A DNA stretch of 64,000 nt from the sequence record NC_061418.1; one strand, 5' to 3'. The notes beneath the pieces are model-generated. The model was not told the origin of the DNA. It did not search any database and saw only the letters and a program-made list of their open reading frames with translations. This document shows, one piece after another, positions 52,953 to 62,518 of the stretch. The position numbers and the translations under genes were made by a program. The stretch's first letter is position 1. Each line of letters begins with the position of its first letter.

Positions 52953-54776
52953 TTAATTTGCGAGTTTTACCAACACGTCTATCCAAACTGCCGGGCCCAG
53001 ATCTACTGGGGAGCTACTCAACGCTTCTGTTACCGTGATCGCGTTAGTTGTTGTATTCAGTGTGGCAGTAGTAAGGACTTGCCTAACGCTAAACGCAAAT
53101 GTATGTGCAGTTGTATCCGTTGCACCAATAACGTATCGATAACTGTTAGCATTATTTGGTATCTGAGGTAGCCTTATCTGCCAAGGCATATCTGTCGCAA
53201 GATCAGCACCTGTGATCGTGAAATTAAGACTCGGTATTGTGCATGTTAATGAATCAACACCACTTTCAAAATTGGTGGCGTAACAAAAAGAAGAAACGAA
53301 TTTCTTAAAGGGAGCGGCATTGATAACCGAATCAGCCGGGTGGTTGTAATGACAACGCAATACAGCATAACCCTCTGGTACGTCAAAACTCGAACCATCA
53401 TTGAGTAACACGCGACGATAGTTTGACCCTGTATAGGCGGTGTTCGCCCAAATAATCCCTGCAGGGGTCGAACCACTGAGCGACGTCAATTGTGACCCGC
53501 CCATGTATTTATTCCAATTCCATGTGATCAAGTTTGCATTTCCGGAGTTCACGCAAGTAGAACTCAAATAAGTGGAATGCGCCGGAGTTCTTAGGTAGAA
53601 ATTCACCGTTCCGGTTGTTGTATCTTGAACCAAACCAATAACCGGTTGGAGGGCGTTTTTTACATCGCTATTATCCAACATCTTACCCGAACCAATCCCT
53701 GTAAAACGAACGTACTTATTAATGTTGTATTGAGTAAACGCGGTAACGACATCTGGTAAATTGACATCGAGAACATATGTCAAAACATTGCTATTTGTCG
53801 CGTTCCCAATATTAATTAAGCAGGAGAAACGTGCGCCGATAAGATTGGATGGGTTTACAATAGTTGCGAAATTAATGAAGTTAGCATTAGCACTGTCTAC
53901 GGTGAAGTAGGTGTCGTAAGAATTGGCCAGACTCCGTCCAATAGAATCAAGCTGAGCTAATTCTCTGACAGCTGTGCCGTTCGCCCAACTCCAACGATAA
54001 CGCCCAGCGTCAGTGAAAGGGACTAACCCTGTTTGGAGCGGAGAAACAGTAAAGATTCTTGGGAGATTTGTGGTTTTATCATAACTCCACATGATCGCTG
54101 GGGAGGTTTCATCATCCGCTTGGCCGTCTACAGGGAATCGCGCAATGACGTCTTGATAAGGACCTCTCCAGTAGCCTGTGCCTTCAGCAAAAGGTACATG
54201 AATGTTTCTTGCAGTTCGGTGTCCGTCAACGGTAGCTGAGGTTTTCAGTCTTCCGCGGTTATCAATGAGAATGGTACCCAGATTTTTCTTTCCGCCGAAG
54301 TTAATGCCAGCTACCGCTTGAATATCTTCAGGGGCCGGGTTGACGTCGTATTGACCTTTTACGCTCATTTGATCTTCAACGGAAATATCGTCAGAAGCAG
54401 AGGGCCCGTTTCCGTCAGTTGTTCCTTTATTATCAATTTCGCCCTTAAATTCCGCTAACAAATTTTCAACGACGCTCAAAGCCTGATCAATTACCCCAAG
54501 ATCTCTCCATGGGCCAACGTTAAAACTTCCTGTTGTCGTTACCAAGTTTAAAGTTCCATCTTGGTTTCTGGTGAAACTTTGCAACGTTCCCGTAGCTGAA
54601 ACTGTTTCGAAACAGTTGTTTGTATTAAAATCAAAAAGCACGTTTACATTGGAAAGGTCGACATTTGTCTCGAGTACCGCTATTTGATTTGTTTCTAATC
54701 CCAGTAGAGTACAAAGGTTACGAAGAATGATCTCTTTTGTTGTACTTCCGTTGGGTTGGACTAAACGATTTAACAT
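52953..54776 (-). CDS. Tail fibre/tailspike with tailspike-type N-terminal head domain
   Basis: QPNGSTT..ILRNLCTLLGLE..IAVLETNVDLS resembles Ackermannviridae-type TSP N-termini. Confidence 0.75.
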   Translation of the reverse strand: MLNRLVQPNGSTTKEIILRNLCTLLGLETNQIAVLETNVDLSNVNVLFDFNTNNCFETVSATGTLQSFTRNQDGTLNLVTTTGSFNVGPWRDLGVIDQALSVVENLLAEFKGEIDNKGTTDGNGPSASDDISVEDQMSVKGQYDVNPAPEDIQAVAGINFGGKKNLGTILIDNRGRLKTSATVDGHRTARNIHVPFAEGTGYWRGPYQDVIARFPVDGQADDETSPAIMWSYDKTTNLPRIFTVSPLQTGLVPFTDAGRYRWSWANGTAVRELAQLDSIGRSLANSYDTYFTVDSANANFINFATIVNPSNLIGARFSCLINIGNATNSNVLTYVLDVNLPDVVTAFTQYNINKYVRFTGIGSGKMLDNSDVKNALQPVIGLVQDTTTGTVNFYLRTPAHSTYLSSTCVNSGNANLITWNWNKYMGGSQLTSLSGSTPAGIIWANTAYTGSNYRRVLLNDGSSFDVPEGYAVLRCHYNHPADSVINAAPFKKFVSSFCYATNFESGVDSLTCTIPSLNFTITGADLATDMPWQIRLPQIPNNANSYRYVIGATDTTAHTFAFSVRQVLTTATLNTTTNAITVTEALSSSPVDLGPAVWIDVLVKLAN

Positions 54777-54822
54777 GATTATTCCTTGTAGAAAGCCAGA
54801 GAGGGATTCCTCTCTGGTGTTA

Positions 54823-57501
54823 TTATACCGTATAACGCCACGTCGAGTTCGTTAGCGTGACTGCGCCGGTGATCGTAATGTTGACCCTTTCTTGGTAATA
54901 CAGCACCAAGTTCAACGGGTAAGTACCCGCGGCTGTATAATTGTACAATATTTGGTCGTTCACTTTGATAACGCATGTACCACCAGAAGGGACAGTCAAA
55001 TCACCGTGGTACTTACCCGCGCGACGATAATTATAGACGTAGTCAACGCCTGTTAATGGTAGTGCGGTTGTCGTCAAATCAACATGGGTAGCGTCCCGCA
55101 TTCCAAAAGATGATTGTGTCCCGTCCCCATATCGAATACGTGAGTAGCTTGTTTGTGCGCTCTGGAAATACGCCAGTTGACTTTGTAGCTTAAGGTAAAT
55201 GACGTAATTAAAATTATTATCGTCCCATTTACAGTTCCGAGTACTAAAGAAGAAATTGGGATTAGGACTGTCTACACGGACGATGTACATCTGATCTTCG
55301 GTGAGGTTAGTCCACCCAGAATGGGTATTATAGAATTCGATATTATCGAGCGTCATTTTCCCGTAAAGAACAGTTGCGTCTACGTAGAACACAGGTTGCG
55401 CTGCGTAACCTCCAGCGTAGTAATCGAGATTGTAGAAGATCCCTTTCGAAATTGTGACAATACCAGTATCATTAGGTTGACCAATGCGTTGTCCGGTATA
55501 TTGTAACTTGGTCGTATCGTTAGTGACGTAGACCACTCTTGACATATACCAGCCCGTAATATCGGCAATGCCAACGTAAGCATTGTAGCCCATGCGAATA
55601 AACTCGCCAGGATAATACGCATTAACAAGGCCGATTGAAACACGGGAGTTACAGATTTCAATACAGTACGCGCCGGGGAGGGTTTGGGCAAGAGTCGGGC
55701 CGCCTTGGACACCAAAGATCTTGTTGATAGTGATCGCTGGAGTATCCCAAATTCTGACGTGAGGACCGCCGCCTGAACCTACTAACAGACTTCCTATCGT
55801 TACTGTTCCGCAAGTATCAATAATCAATCCACCTGTCGCCAGCAGCGGTGGGACAAAGTCTTCGTAATGTTCTAGTCCTACATCGTACATTTCTTTCAGA
55901 ACGGAAGCTTGGGAATTATTCTGCTCCCAAAGGTATTCAACTTTACCTAAGCCTGAACCAGTGTTTCGAAGATAGAACCCGCGACCCACTGTTTTGTTAT
56001 TCATCCTTAATGTACCAAGATTCTGAATGGACGGTAGGACGACGGTAAGATCTGGCCACTTCGCTGTTACATCGGTATAATTAGACTTCCCTAAGGAGTA
56101 AAGTACGGTTCCTGCGTAAGCACCTGCCGATATCTTAATATCCGGGGCGTTAACCATACTTTCCAGTCGTAACGCGTAGTTAGTGTCCACCAAGCCAGCA
56201 ATCTGTGCAGTGGTGTAATTATTGACTTGGAATGTCAGCGAGGTGTTGTCAATCTCAATATCGAACAGCGGACGGTTCGCTTGCACCACAAACCAACCCG
56301 CCCCTTGATCTAACGCATAACGCCCCGTAATACCGAAACGATCGCCGGAATTAGTTGGAAGAATCCACGACAGAGATTCAGGGAATGTTCCACAGCGAAT
56401 ATAATGGCGCTGAGCAAGGTAGACCACGCCTTTATCTAACCCGGTAATAATCGATTGCGGGTAACCGTTAGAGGAGAGTTGTCCGGCTGCTTTCAATGCA
56501 TTTTTAAATGCGGTATCTTGGGGTGCGGTGGTTTGGTCGTAACTCTTAACGCCTGCCCAGGCGAGCTTCACTACGTTCCCATTGATTCGACGTTTCCAAA
56601 GTCTGCCTAATTTATCAACAAGATGAACGCAGTCATCATCTGTTTTACTACCAGCTACGCTTTGTCGATCGAAAATCCCTTCCCCACCATCACCGGCGGT
56701 GCTGTAACCGTAAAGAGACAACGTGCTTGCATAACCCGTATAGTTGCGAAGATCAGCGTAATTCCCTGTACCGACCAGCCCTGCTCCATAGACGCTACTT
56801 AAATCAGCAGTAGCTACCCGCGCGCCTATGGCGGCCTCTACGGTGCCGCCTGCTGCCATTCCGATATTTGCAGCACCTGTCGGCCCGCTAAATAGACTGA
56901 GCAACGCTTCGTTGACTTTCTCAATGTCATCGCTACCAAAACAGATCGCTACTACGGTTTGATTTTCTTTTACTGGTGTAGCGAGTTTAAAGCTCAACAT
57001 ATCGCCAGCAACTAATTCAAAACCTACGTCTTTAAACTGACGCAAACCATCGACGTACACTTCCTGTACTGCGACATTCCCCGCTAAAGGAACCGTGAAG
57101 GTTTGCTCCCCGCCGTTACTTAACCCGCCATTATAAACCCACTGTACAATCGCCCCTTTATTCTTCAGAGCTTTATTCAACAGCGCGTAAGTACCGTAAG
57201 TGATTTGTTCACTATTAGCATTCAATAACGGGGTGGCGCCACCGGCACTGTTAACCCAGCCTTGAACATGCTCTTTAGTATCGTCAGTGTAAACAAAGAA
57301 CACATCGCCAGGAACCGTTGCCGAAACACCCGCCGCAGTACTCGAGTAGGCGTTCTCAAACATGATACTTTCACGTAACGCACGGAGTGTTGTTTTATAC
57401 GTGTCGTTTTCTTCTTTAACTTGAGCAATGGGGATAAACCCATTCTCTGAGGCTACCGACAAAGCCGGTAATTCGGTAATCTTTAAGCTAGACTTATCCA
57501 T
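54823..57501 (-). CDS. Large tailspike, probable anchoring unit of a branched complex
   Basis: KITELP anchor; YSSTAAGVSAT; WVYNGG..GGEQTF..EVYVDGLRQ Ig-like module; DLRNY..DGGEGIF neck; beta-helix C-terminus. Confidence 0.85.
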   Translation of the reverse strand: MDKSSLKITELPALSVASENGFIPIAQVKEENDTYKTTLRALRESIMFENAYSSTAAGVSATVPGDVFFVYTDDTKEHVQGWVNSAGGATPLLNANSEQITYGTYALLNKALKNKGAIVQWVYNGGLSNGGEQTFTVPLAGNVAVQEVYVDGLRQFKDVGFELVAGDMLSFKLATPVKENQTVVAICFGSDDIEKVNEALLSLFSGPTGAANIGMAAGGTVEAAIGARVATADLSSVYGAGLVGTGNYADLRNYTGYASTLSLYGYSTAGDGGEGIFDRQSVAGSKTDDDCVHLVDKLGRLWKRRINGNVVKLAWAGVKSYDQTTAPQDTAFKNALKAAGQLSSNGYPQSIITGLDKGVVYLAQRHYIRCGTFPESLSWILPTNSGDRFGITGRYALDQGAGWFVVQANRPLFDIEIDNTSLTFQVNNYTTAQIAGLVDTNYALRLESMVNAPDIKISAGAYAGTVLYSLGKSNYTDVTAKWPDLTVVLPSIQNLGTLRMNNKTVGRGFYLRNTGSGLGKVEYLWEQNNSQASVLKEMYDVGLEHYEDFVPPLLATGGLIIDTCGTVTIGSLLVGSGGGPHVRIWDTPAITINKIFGVQGGPTLAQTLPGAYCIEICNSRVSIGLVNAYYPGEFIRMGYNAYVGIADITGWYMSRVVYVTNDTTKLQYTGQRIGQPNDTGIVTISKGIFYNLDYYAGGYAAQPVFYVDATVLYGKMTLDNIEFYNTHSGWTNLTEDQMYIVRVDSPNPNFFFSTRNCKWDDNNFNYVIYLKLQSQLAYFQSAQTSYSRIRYGDGTQSSFGMRDATHVDLTTTALPLTGVDYVYNYRRAGKYHGDLTVPSGGTCVIKVNDQILYNYTAAGTYPLNLVLYYQERVNITITGAVTLTNSTWRYTV

Positions 57502-57545
57502 TTCGGTACCTGTATAGTCTGGGTAAATAAGAGGGTATCTAGATC

Positions 57546-57555
57546 GTCATAAAAA
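57546..57555 (-). promoter_or_regulatory. Candidate late promoter TTTTTATGAC
   Basis: Between terminator and tailspike gene. Confidence 0.55.
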
Positions 57556-57559
57556 CACA

Positions 57560-57585
57560 AGAGTAGGGCCGATCGGCCCTACTCT
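57560..57585 (-). terminator. Terminator hairpin (26-bp perfect palindrome)
   Basis: agagtagggccgatcggccctactct. Confidence 0.75.
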
Positions 57586-57600
57586 CTATATTTTCAGCGC

Positions 57601-57810
57601 TTAACTTCCTTCTTCTTCAAAACGATTATAGGTTACCGATCTGGTGTCATCAATCAGTCCAGAGCTCTGAAGTGTCTGGTCAGCCAACATTAGGATAACG
57701 CTATCGTTGGTTTCCTCCGTCTCGAAGGTTGCTACCGCACCTTCTGAATGAGTAGAAGAAACCAAATAATTATTCTCTAATGCGGTTGTCGTAATATAAA
57801 AAGTTTTCAT
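57601..57810 (-). CDS. Small protein co-transcribed with tailspike (assembly chaperone candidate)
   Basis: 69 aa directly after tailspike stop. Confidence 0.65.
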   Translation of the reverse strand: MKTFYITTTALENNYLVSSTHSEGAVATFETEETNDSVILMLADQTLQSSGLIDDTRSVTYNRFEEEGS

Positions 57811-57813
57811 GTC

Positions 57814-59796
57814 TTAACCTATCAAAAGTCGGTCACAAGTAACCGTCGGATTTTTTAATGTTATCGTCCCCACGAAACCGGTAATACGCAACCCGACTCT
57901 AGCAAATTGCATAGGGTTTGTTGTGTTAGTGTACGAGTTGGCCACTACTGCTTGAGTACAAAAACCTTGATAAGCCCCTAATAAATTATTAGCAGTCGCT
58001 AAAGCGCCGACATCAACGGCTGCGCTGTATACGGTTGATGTTGTTTTATCGGCAATCGCGGTGCTGTTCAGTGTTAAAGTGCTATGGACCTCAACACCGC
58101 ACGATACGTTCACGTTACCTGTCAAAGCACTGTCAACGATAATAGAACCTAACGCACGGAATTTATCATAAGGTAATAGATCGAATGGCATAGAGCACAT
58201 GATATAAAAGACACTACTTGTTGATGCAGATGTTACAGAGATACCCTGTAAATTGTCGGTAGGATCAACTGCCGAGTAGGTCCATGCGCCGTTTACATTA
58301 TACCAGCCGTATGAATCCGCAGTATTGATATTTGTCGAATATGCCGACCCAGCCGTCCCAGAAAATCTATTGGTGCTAATAACCCGTTCATCTGTTGCTG
58401 TAGGGTTAAATTTGGCAAGGAAAATACTAGCGGAAGTTAAGACGTCTTCTTTCGACTTTTGCCAGTCGACATCAATAGCATTATTAGCCGGCGCTCCGTT
58501 AATAATCAAAGATTGATATCCGGTTGTAGCCTGTAAAAAGGTCTCGTTACCCATGAATACTCGGGTTTCTTTGTCTATATTTACATAGCTGTTAATAGTA
58601 GAAGAGAAAAACCAAGTTCTATTCCATACCGTTTGTCCGGTACGTAAGTCAATTACGCACCCAGTGAAATTTATCTTTTTCCCTTGTTTTGGGTATAGTG
58701 TTGAGTTAACAACATTAACCAACATTCCTTGGACGCCTTCGATATGACATCTATCAAAAACAATATTAGCATTCCCACTTTTAGTGATTTTCACCATATC
58801 ACCGGTAGGGTAATCTAGCGAACAGTTAGAAAAGAACATTTCGAATGCGTTGTTTTCAATGTAGATTAAATCTGAATCTGAATCTGCGATAGTGGCATTA
58901 TCGAAAGTAAGTTTTTCCCCAGAGTTTGTCTTGCTATCGCCGAGTATAGCAATCGCATAATTATTACGACCTAAATGAAATGTCGAGAACGTATTGATGT
59001 AGTTATCGACGGGGTTAATCTTGATTCCATAAAAGAAACCCAGTGACTGAAAGTTGTTAATTGTGGCGCCACGAACATCGATAAAACCAGAAACTGAATT
59101 TCCGATTGTAATTCCTGCATTACTGGTTCTAGCGGCGCCAGTAGGGTGCGTCAATGTTAACCTGCCACCAACAAAAATAGAACGTTCGGATTCCCATAAT
59201 AAAACTTGTCTTGCCCTAACAGTACTGGTGAAAAGTGTATCTAATAAAGTAGGGAAATGACTGTTATCAATCACAATACCGTCGGTATTAGTGACCCCGT
59301 AGAAATCGAAATAAGTATCCGATTCCATTTTTAAGGTGACGAATGACGGAAGATAAATTGTACCCGACAGAGCGTACCTATTTGCGCCAAATTTTATTGC
59401 GGGGATTTTGATAGTGGTCGTAAAATTAATAATTCCTAATGCAGTGCTATACTTGATAGCGAGGTCGGTAGCAATTTTATTAATGCACGCCGAGAGATCT
59501 GTAAAACCTGGCTTCCCTAATAAGAAAAGTGGGTTGTAACCCTCTGAAAGATCAGCCCTCCAAAACTTTCCAGTGACTGACAAAAAGAGAGAATAGCCAT
59601 CATCTACAGCACTAGAAAGGGTGTCATCGTAATAGAGGACTTCGTTTAATACAGGACCGCCTGTGAATGCACGCTGAAGAATCACACTTTGTCCACTAAC
59701 CCAGGGTTTAAAACTACGTAAATCGTCAAGAGTACTGAGTACAACTCTTGAATATTCGCCGTTACTGCCTCGCGGTTTATTAAAATCAGTTAACAT
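57814..59796 (-). CDS. Tailspike / capsule depolymerase
   Basis: MLTDFNKPRGS N-terminus, DDLRSFKPW neck, beta-helix; paralog of 59875..62145 (NSGEKLTF, CSLDYPTGD). Confidence 0.85.
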   Translation of the reverse strand: MLTDFNKPRGSNGEYSRVVLSTLDDLRSFKPWVSGQSVILQRAFTGGPVLNEVLYYDDTLSSAVDDGYSLFLSVTGKFWRADLSEGYNPLFLLGKPGFTDLSACINKIATDLAIKYSTALGIINFTTTIKIPAIKFGANRYALSGTIYLPSFVTLKMESDTYFDFYGVTNTDGIVIDNSHFPTLLDTLFTSTVRARQVLLWESERSIFVGGRLTLTHPTGAARTSNAGITIGNSVSGFIDVRGATINNFQSLGFFYGIKINPVDNYINTFSTFHLGRNNYAIAILGDSKTNSGEKLTFDNATIADSDSDLIYIENNAFEMFFSNCSLDYPTGDMVKITKSGNANIVFDRCHIEGVQGMLVNVVNSTLYPKQGKKINFTGCVIDLRTGQTVWNRTWFFSSTINSYVNIDKETRVFMGNETFLQATTGYQSLIINGAPANNAIDVDWQKSKEDVLTSASIFLAKFNPTATDERVISTNRFSGTAGSAYSTNINTADSYGWYNVNGAWTYSAVDPTDNLQGISVTSASTSSVFYIMCSMPFDLLPYDKFRALGSIIVDSALTGNVNVSCGVEVHSTLTLNSTAIADKTTSTVYSAAVDVGALATANNLLGAYQGFCTQAVVANSYTNTTNPMQFARVGLRITGFVGTITLKNPTVTCDRLLIG

Positions 59797-59824
59797 TGCC
59801 TATACCTCAGAATTGAAAGACTAA

Positions 59825-59834
59825 GTCATAGAAA
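59825..59834 (-). promoter_or_regulatory. Candidate late promoter TTTCTATGAC
   Basis: Directly after terminator stem, 29 nt before tailspike ATG. Confidence 0.55.
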
Positions 59835-59865
59835 AATCAGAGGAGGTCATGTACCTCCTCTGATT
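59835..59865 (-). terminator. Intrinsic terminator
   Basis: 13-bp stem aatcagaggaggt/acctcctctgatt. Confidence 0.8.
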
Positions 59866-59874
59866 AATTTGTTA

Positions 59875-62145
59875 TTATTCGTTAATGAACCAAAAAACAG
59901 GTAACTTAACGAAAACGGAACCAGTAAAACCGGTTAAGTTAATAGAAAGGCTAAGCTGATCCGCATAACTGGCTTTTCTAACTACCATCGGGAACGCTAT
60001 ATAACCAACATCCGATAAACCGGTGATCGTTTTTTTCTTCGTAAAATGTGTATCTGTCGAAATAGGGGTTCCGTTATCAGTGGCTATAAGTGCCCTACTC
60101 TCTGTCACTGTTGCAACGCTTCCTGAGACAGTCCCCGCATAGGTCGGGTAATCTAAATACTTAATTGTGTTGTAAACGCTCAATCCACTAGTGTAGTCCG
60201 ATCCTTGTTTGATGGAAATAACTGACGCTAAAATAGGATTCAAAAGACCGTTTGAGGTTACTCTTTTCATCAGCTCAAGCGTTGTTATATTACTGGTTGC
60301 AGTACTATTTATTTTTACAGTAACATAGCCGTCGTCATCTAAAGCAGCTAATTTGGTGATAGTGACTCCAGCGCCTGTGAAACTAAATTTAATCTGTGAT
60401 TGGGAATCTGTTTGGTTTATCATATCGGTATCTGTAGCAACCGAATTAAAATAGTGTCGCCATCCCATAATCGACTGTTGATAATCCCCGATCAGAGGAG
60501 TTAATGAACGTAAAACCCCGGACGGGTGAATTGTATTATATCCGCCTTTTACTACGCAGACAAACTGATCTCCGGTCCCATCACCGTAGTCGCCGCCTTT
60601 GTTAGTTTGACCGGTTAAAGAATAATACGGGGACCAATATTCATTAGGTAACTCCCATGCGCATGAATCAAAGGTCACACCTAAATCTTTATCTGGTGCT
60701 GAAATCATTTGGCGAACATAACTCGCTCTGAAAGTACTAGAATAGTAAGCAGATTTAAAATTATTAGGGTAAATAAAAGTCCCGAGGAACTCAAAAATAT
60801 TACGAATATTCCAAGTGCTATTCGTAAACATTTGGGTTTTTTCTGGCTGGTTAATTAATTTCCCCCCGAACCCTTCAATCCAACCCCTTTCCATTCTGAC
60901 CCTAACCCCGGAACTATATTTATTACATTTGAAAACATCGCCATCGGTATAATCAAGGCTACAATCCACGATAGAAATTATCCCGGCCCTGTCAAAGAGG
61001 AAATGAGCCAATGTAGTGTTCCCGATAACTCCATTTTTGAATACTATTTTTTCCCCTGAATTTATCGGAGTGTCGTTACTTTCAAAAAAGACTCCGGCTA
61101 CGCAATCTGCAATGTTAAAATCTGAAAAAGTATTGCAATAAAAGTTAATGTAATTAATTCTGATCCCGTACTTAAAGCCTTTCACGCGGAAGTTCTTGAT
61201 ATTTAAATCGCGAACCGACATTGGTGAAGTACCATATGTCGCTAACCTTATTCCCGCTCCAGTTGTTGTATCTTTACCTGGGCCTAAAATAAAGAAAGAC
61301 CCGCCATTAGCGTTAAAGAAATTCGACCCCTGAGTATCGACGAAATTACTATCCGGCATCTGGCCAGCTGCAACACCAGTGATACCTTCATTCGTGATAA
61401 CGATCGCGTCATCGTTTGTTAGAGAAGTGACTAAATAAATATTCCCATAAGAGACTAAAGAAAAGAACGAGGGGATTTTAACTTGTTTCTCTAGCACGTA
61501 TTTATCAGAAAACTGAGGAAAGAAAATCTGAGTGCTAACACCGAAAGTATTCTTGTTAGCGGAAACTTTGGCGGTAGTAAAATCAACAATTTTTTGGATT
61601 GCGGCTCCTGTACCCGTACCGTCGCTTTTCACTCCGGCCAAACGAATATCTACCCCTTTAGAGACATCAACTTTCCAACGGGCACCTTTGGGAGTCACCA
61701 TAATTGAGAAGTCATTATCAGCGGAAGCAACGTCGCTAGAATCATAATTGGCAATAATATTGATTAGCGGACCGCCTTGTACAGCACGCTCTAAAATAAT
61801 TTTTTGCCCTGCGTACCACGGCTCAAATTTTCTGAGGTCGGCAATCGTCGCGATAGAAACGGTTGTCAACGCTGCGGGAAACGCCGCTCCCTGGAATACC
61901 CCTTTATCAGTCGTTATCGTCGCCACGGTACCGCTGATACTGATCCCTGAAACAACCCCCGTGACGGCACTGACGTTGAAGATTTCTTTTGACGCTGGAT
62001 CAACGCCGAAAGAAAAAATGGTCAGGTCTACATTTTTATCGAGTGTAGCAATACTACTCAACGGGATATTTAATAACTGAGAGAACATTTCTGCGCTTGA
62101 CTGAACAGACGTCGTTCCGGATGGTTGGATGAAATTGGTTTGCAT
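59875..62145 (-). CDS. Tailspike / capsule depolymerase
   Basis: MQTNFIQPSGTTS TSP-type N-terminus, ADLRKFEPW neck, GARW, beta-helix (NSGEKIVF, CSLDYTDGD). Confidence 0.85.
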   Translation of the reverse strand: MQTNFIQPSGTTSVQSSAEMFSQLLNIPLSSIATLDKNVDLTIFSFGVDPASKEIFNVSAVTGVVSGISISGTVATITTDKGVFQGAAFPAALTTVSIATIADLRKFEPWYAGQKIILERAVQGGPLINIIANYDSSDVASADNDFSIMVTPKGARWKVDVSKGVDIRLAGVKSDGTGTGAAIQKIVDFTTAKVSANKNTFGVSTQIFFPQFSDKYVLEKQVKIPSFFSLVSYGNIYLVTSLTNDDAIVITNEGITGVAAGQMPDSNFVDTQGSNFFNANGGSFFILGPGKDTTTGAGIRLATYGTSPMSVRDLNIKNFRVKGFKYGIRINYINFYCNTFSDFNIADCVAGVFFESNDTPINSGEKIVFKNGVIGNTTLAHFLFDRAGIISIVDCSLDYTDGDVFKCNKYSSGVRVRMERGWIEGFGGKLINQPEKTQMFTNSTWNIRNIFEFLGTFIYPNNFKSAYYSSTFRASYVRQMISAPDKDLGVTFDSCAWELPNEYWSPYYSLTGQTNKGGDYGDGTGDQFVCVVKGGYNTIHPSGVLRSLTPLIGDYQQSIMGWRHYFNSVATDTDMINQTDSQSQIKFSFTGAGVTITKLAALDDDGYVTVKINSTATSNITTLELMKRVTSNGLLNPILASVISIKQGSDYTSGLSVYNTIKYLDYPTYAGTVSGSVATVTESRALIATDNGTPISTDTHFTKKKTITGLSDVGYIAFPMVVRKASYADQLSLSINLTGFTGSVFVKLPVFWFINE

Positions 62146-62179
62146 TTAATTGAATTCCTTTAGGCATCAAGAAAGAATA

Positions 62180-62209
62180 AAAGAGGGAAAGGTTTTCCTT
62201 TCCCTCTTT
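62180..62209 (-). terminator. Intrinsic terminator
   Basis: 13-bp stem aaagagggaaagg/cctttccctcttt. Confidence 0.8.
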
Positions 62210-62212
62210 ACG

Positions 62213-62515
62213 TTAACTACCGAGTGTAGCGCCTAACAATAAAGCCAGCTCGCTCTCGGCTTGTTGCAAAATCTTTTCCCCATCCGTCGTCTCAGTCAGG
62301 ATTTTAAAGGTCGTTTCTCCCGGAGAAAATTCATCTGCTTCAATACTGAAATAAACTTCCGCGGTATCTCCGACAAATTTCCCGCCGTAGTTTATGCTCA
62401 GCGCAGTGTATGTTAAAGAAATTGTTCTTGGAATAGGGTTGCTGAACATCCCGAATTCTTCGACAGATTCTTTAACAAAGACCTCTTTCGTTATTGTAAA
62501 ACTCATTGTGAGCAT
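62213..62515 (-). CDS. Small protein co-transcribed with tailspike (assembly chaperone candidate)
   Basis: 100 aa, 3 nt after tailspike stop, before terminator. Confidence 0.7.
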   Translation of the reverse strand: MLTMSFTITKEVFVKESVEEFGMFSNPIPRTISLTYTALSINYGGKFVGDTAEVYFSIEADEFSPGETTFKILTETTDGEKILQQAESELALLLGATLGS

Positions 62516-62518
62516 TCC

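Noticed and set aside
57560-57585. 26-bp perfect palindrome as a recombination or packaging site
   Set aside because: Single copy, positioned right after a stop codon like the other terminators.
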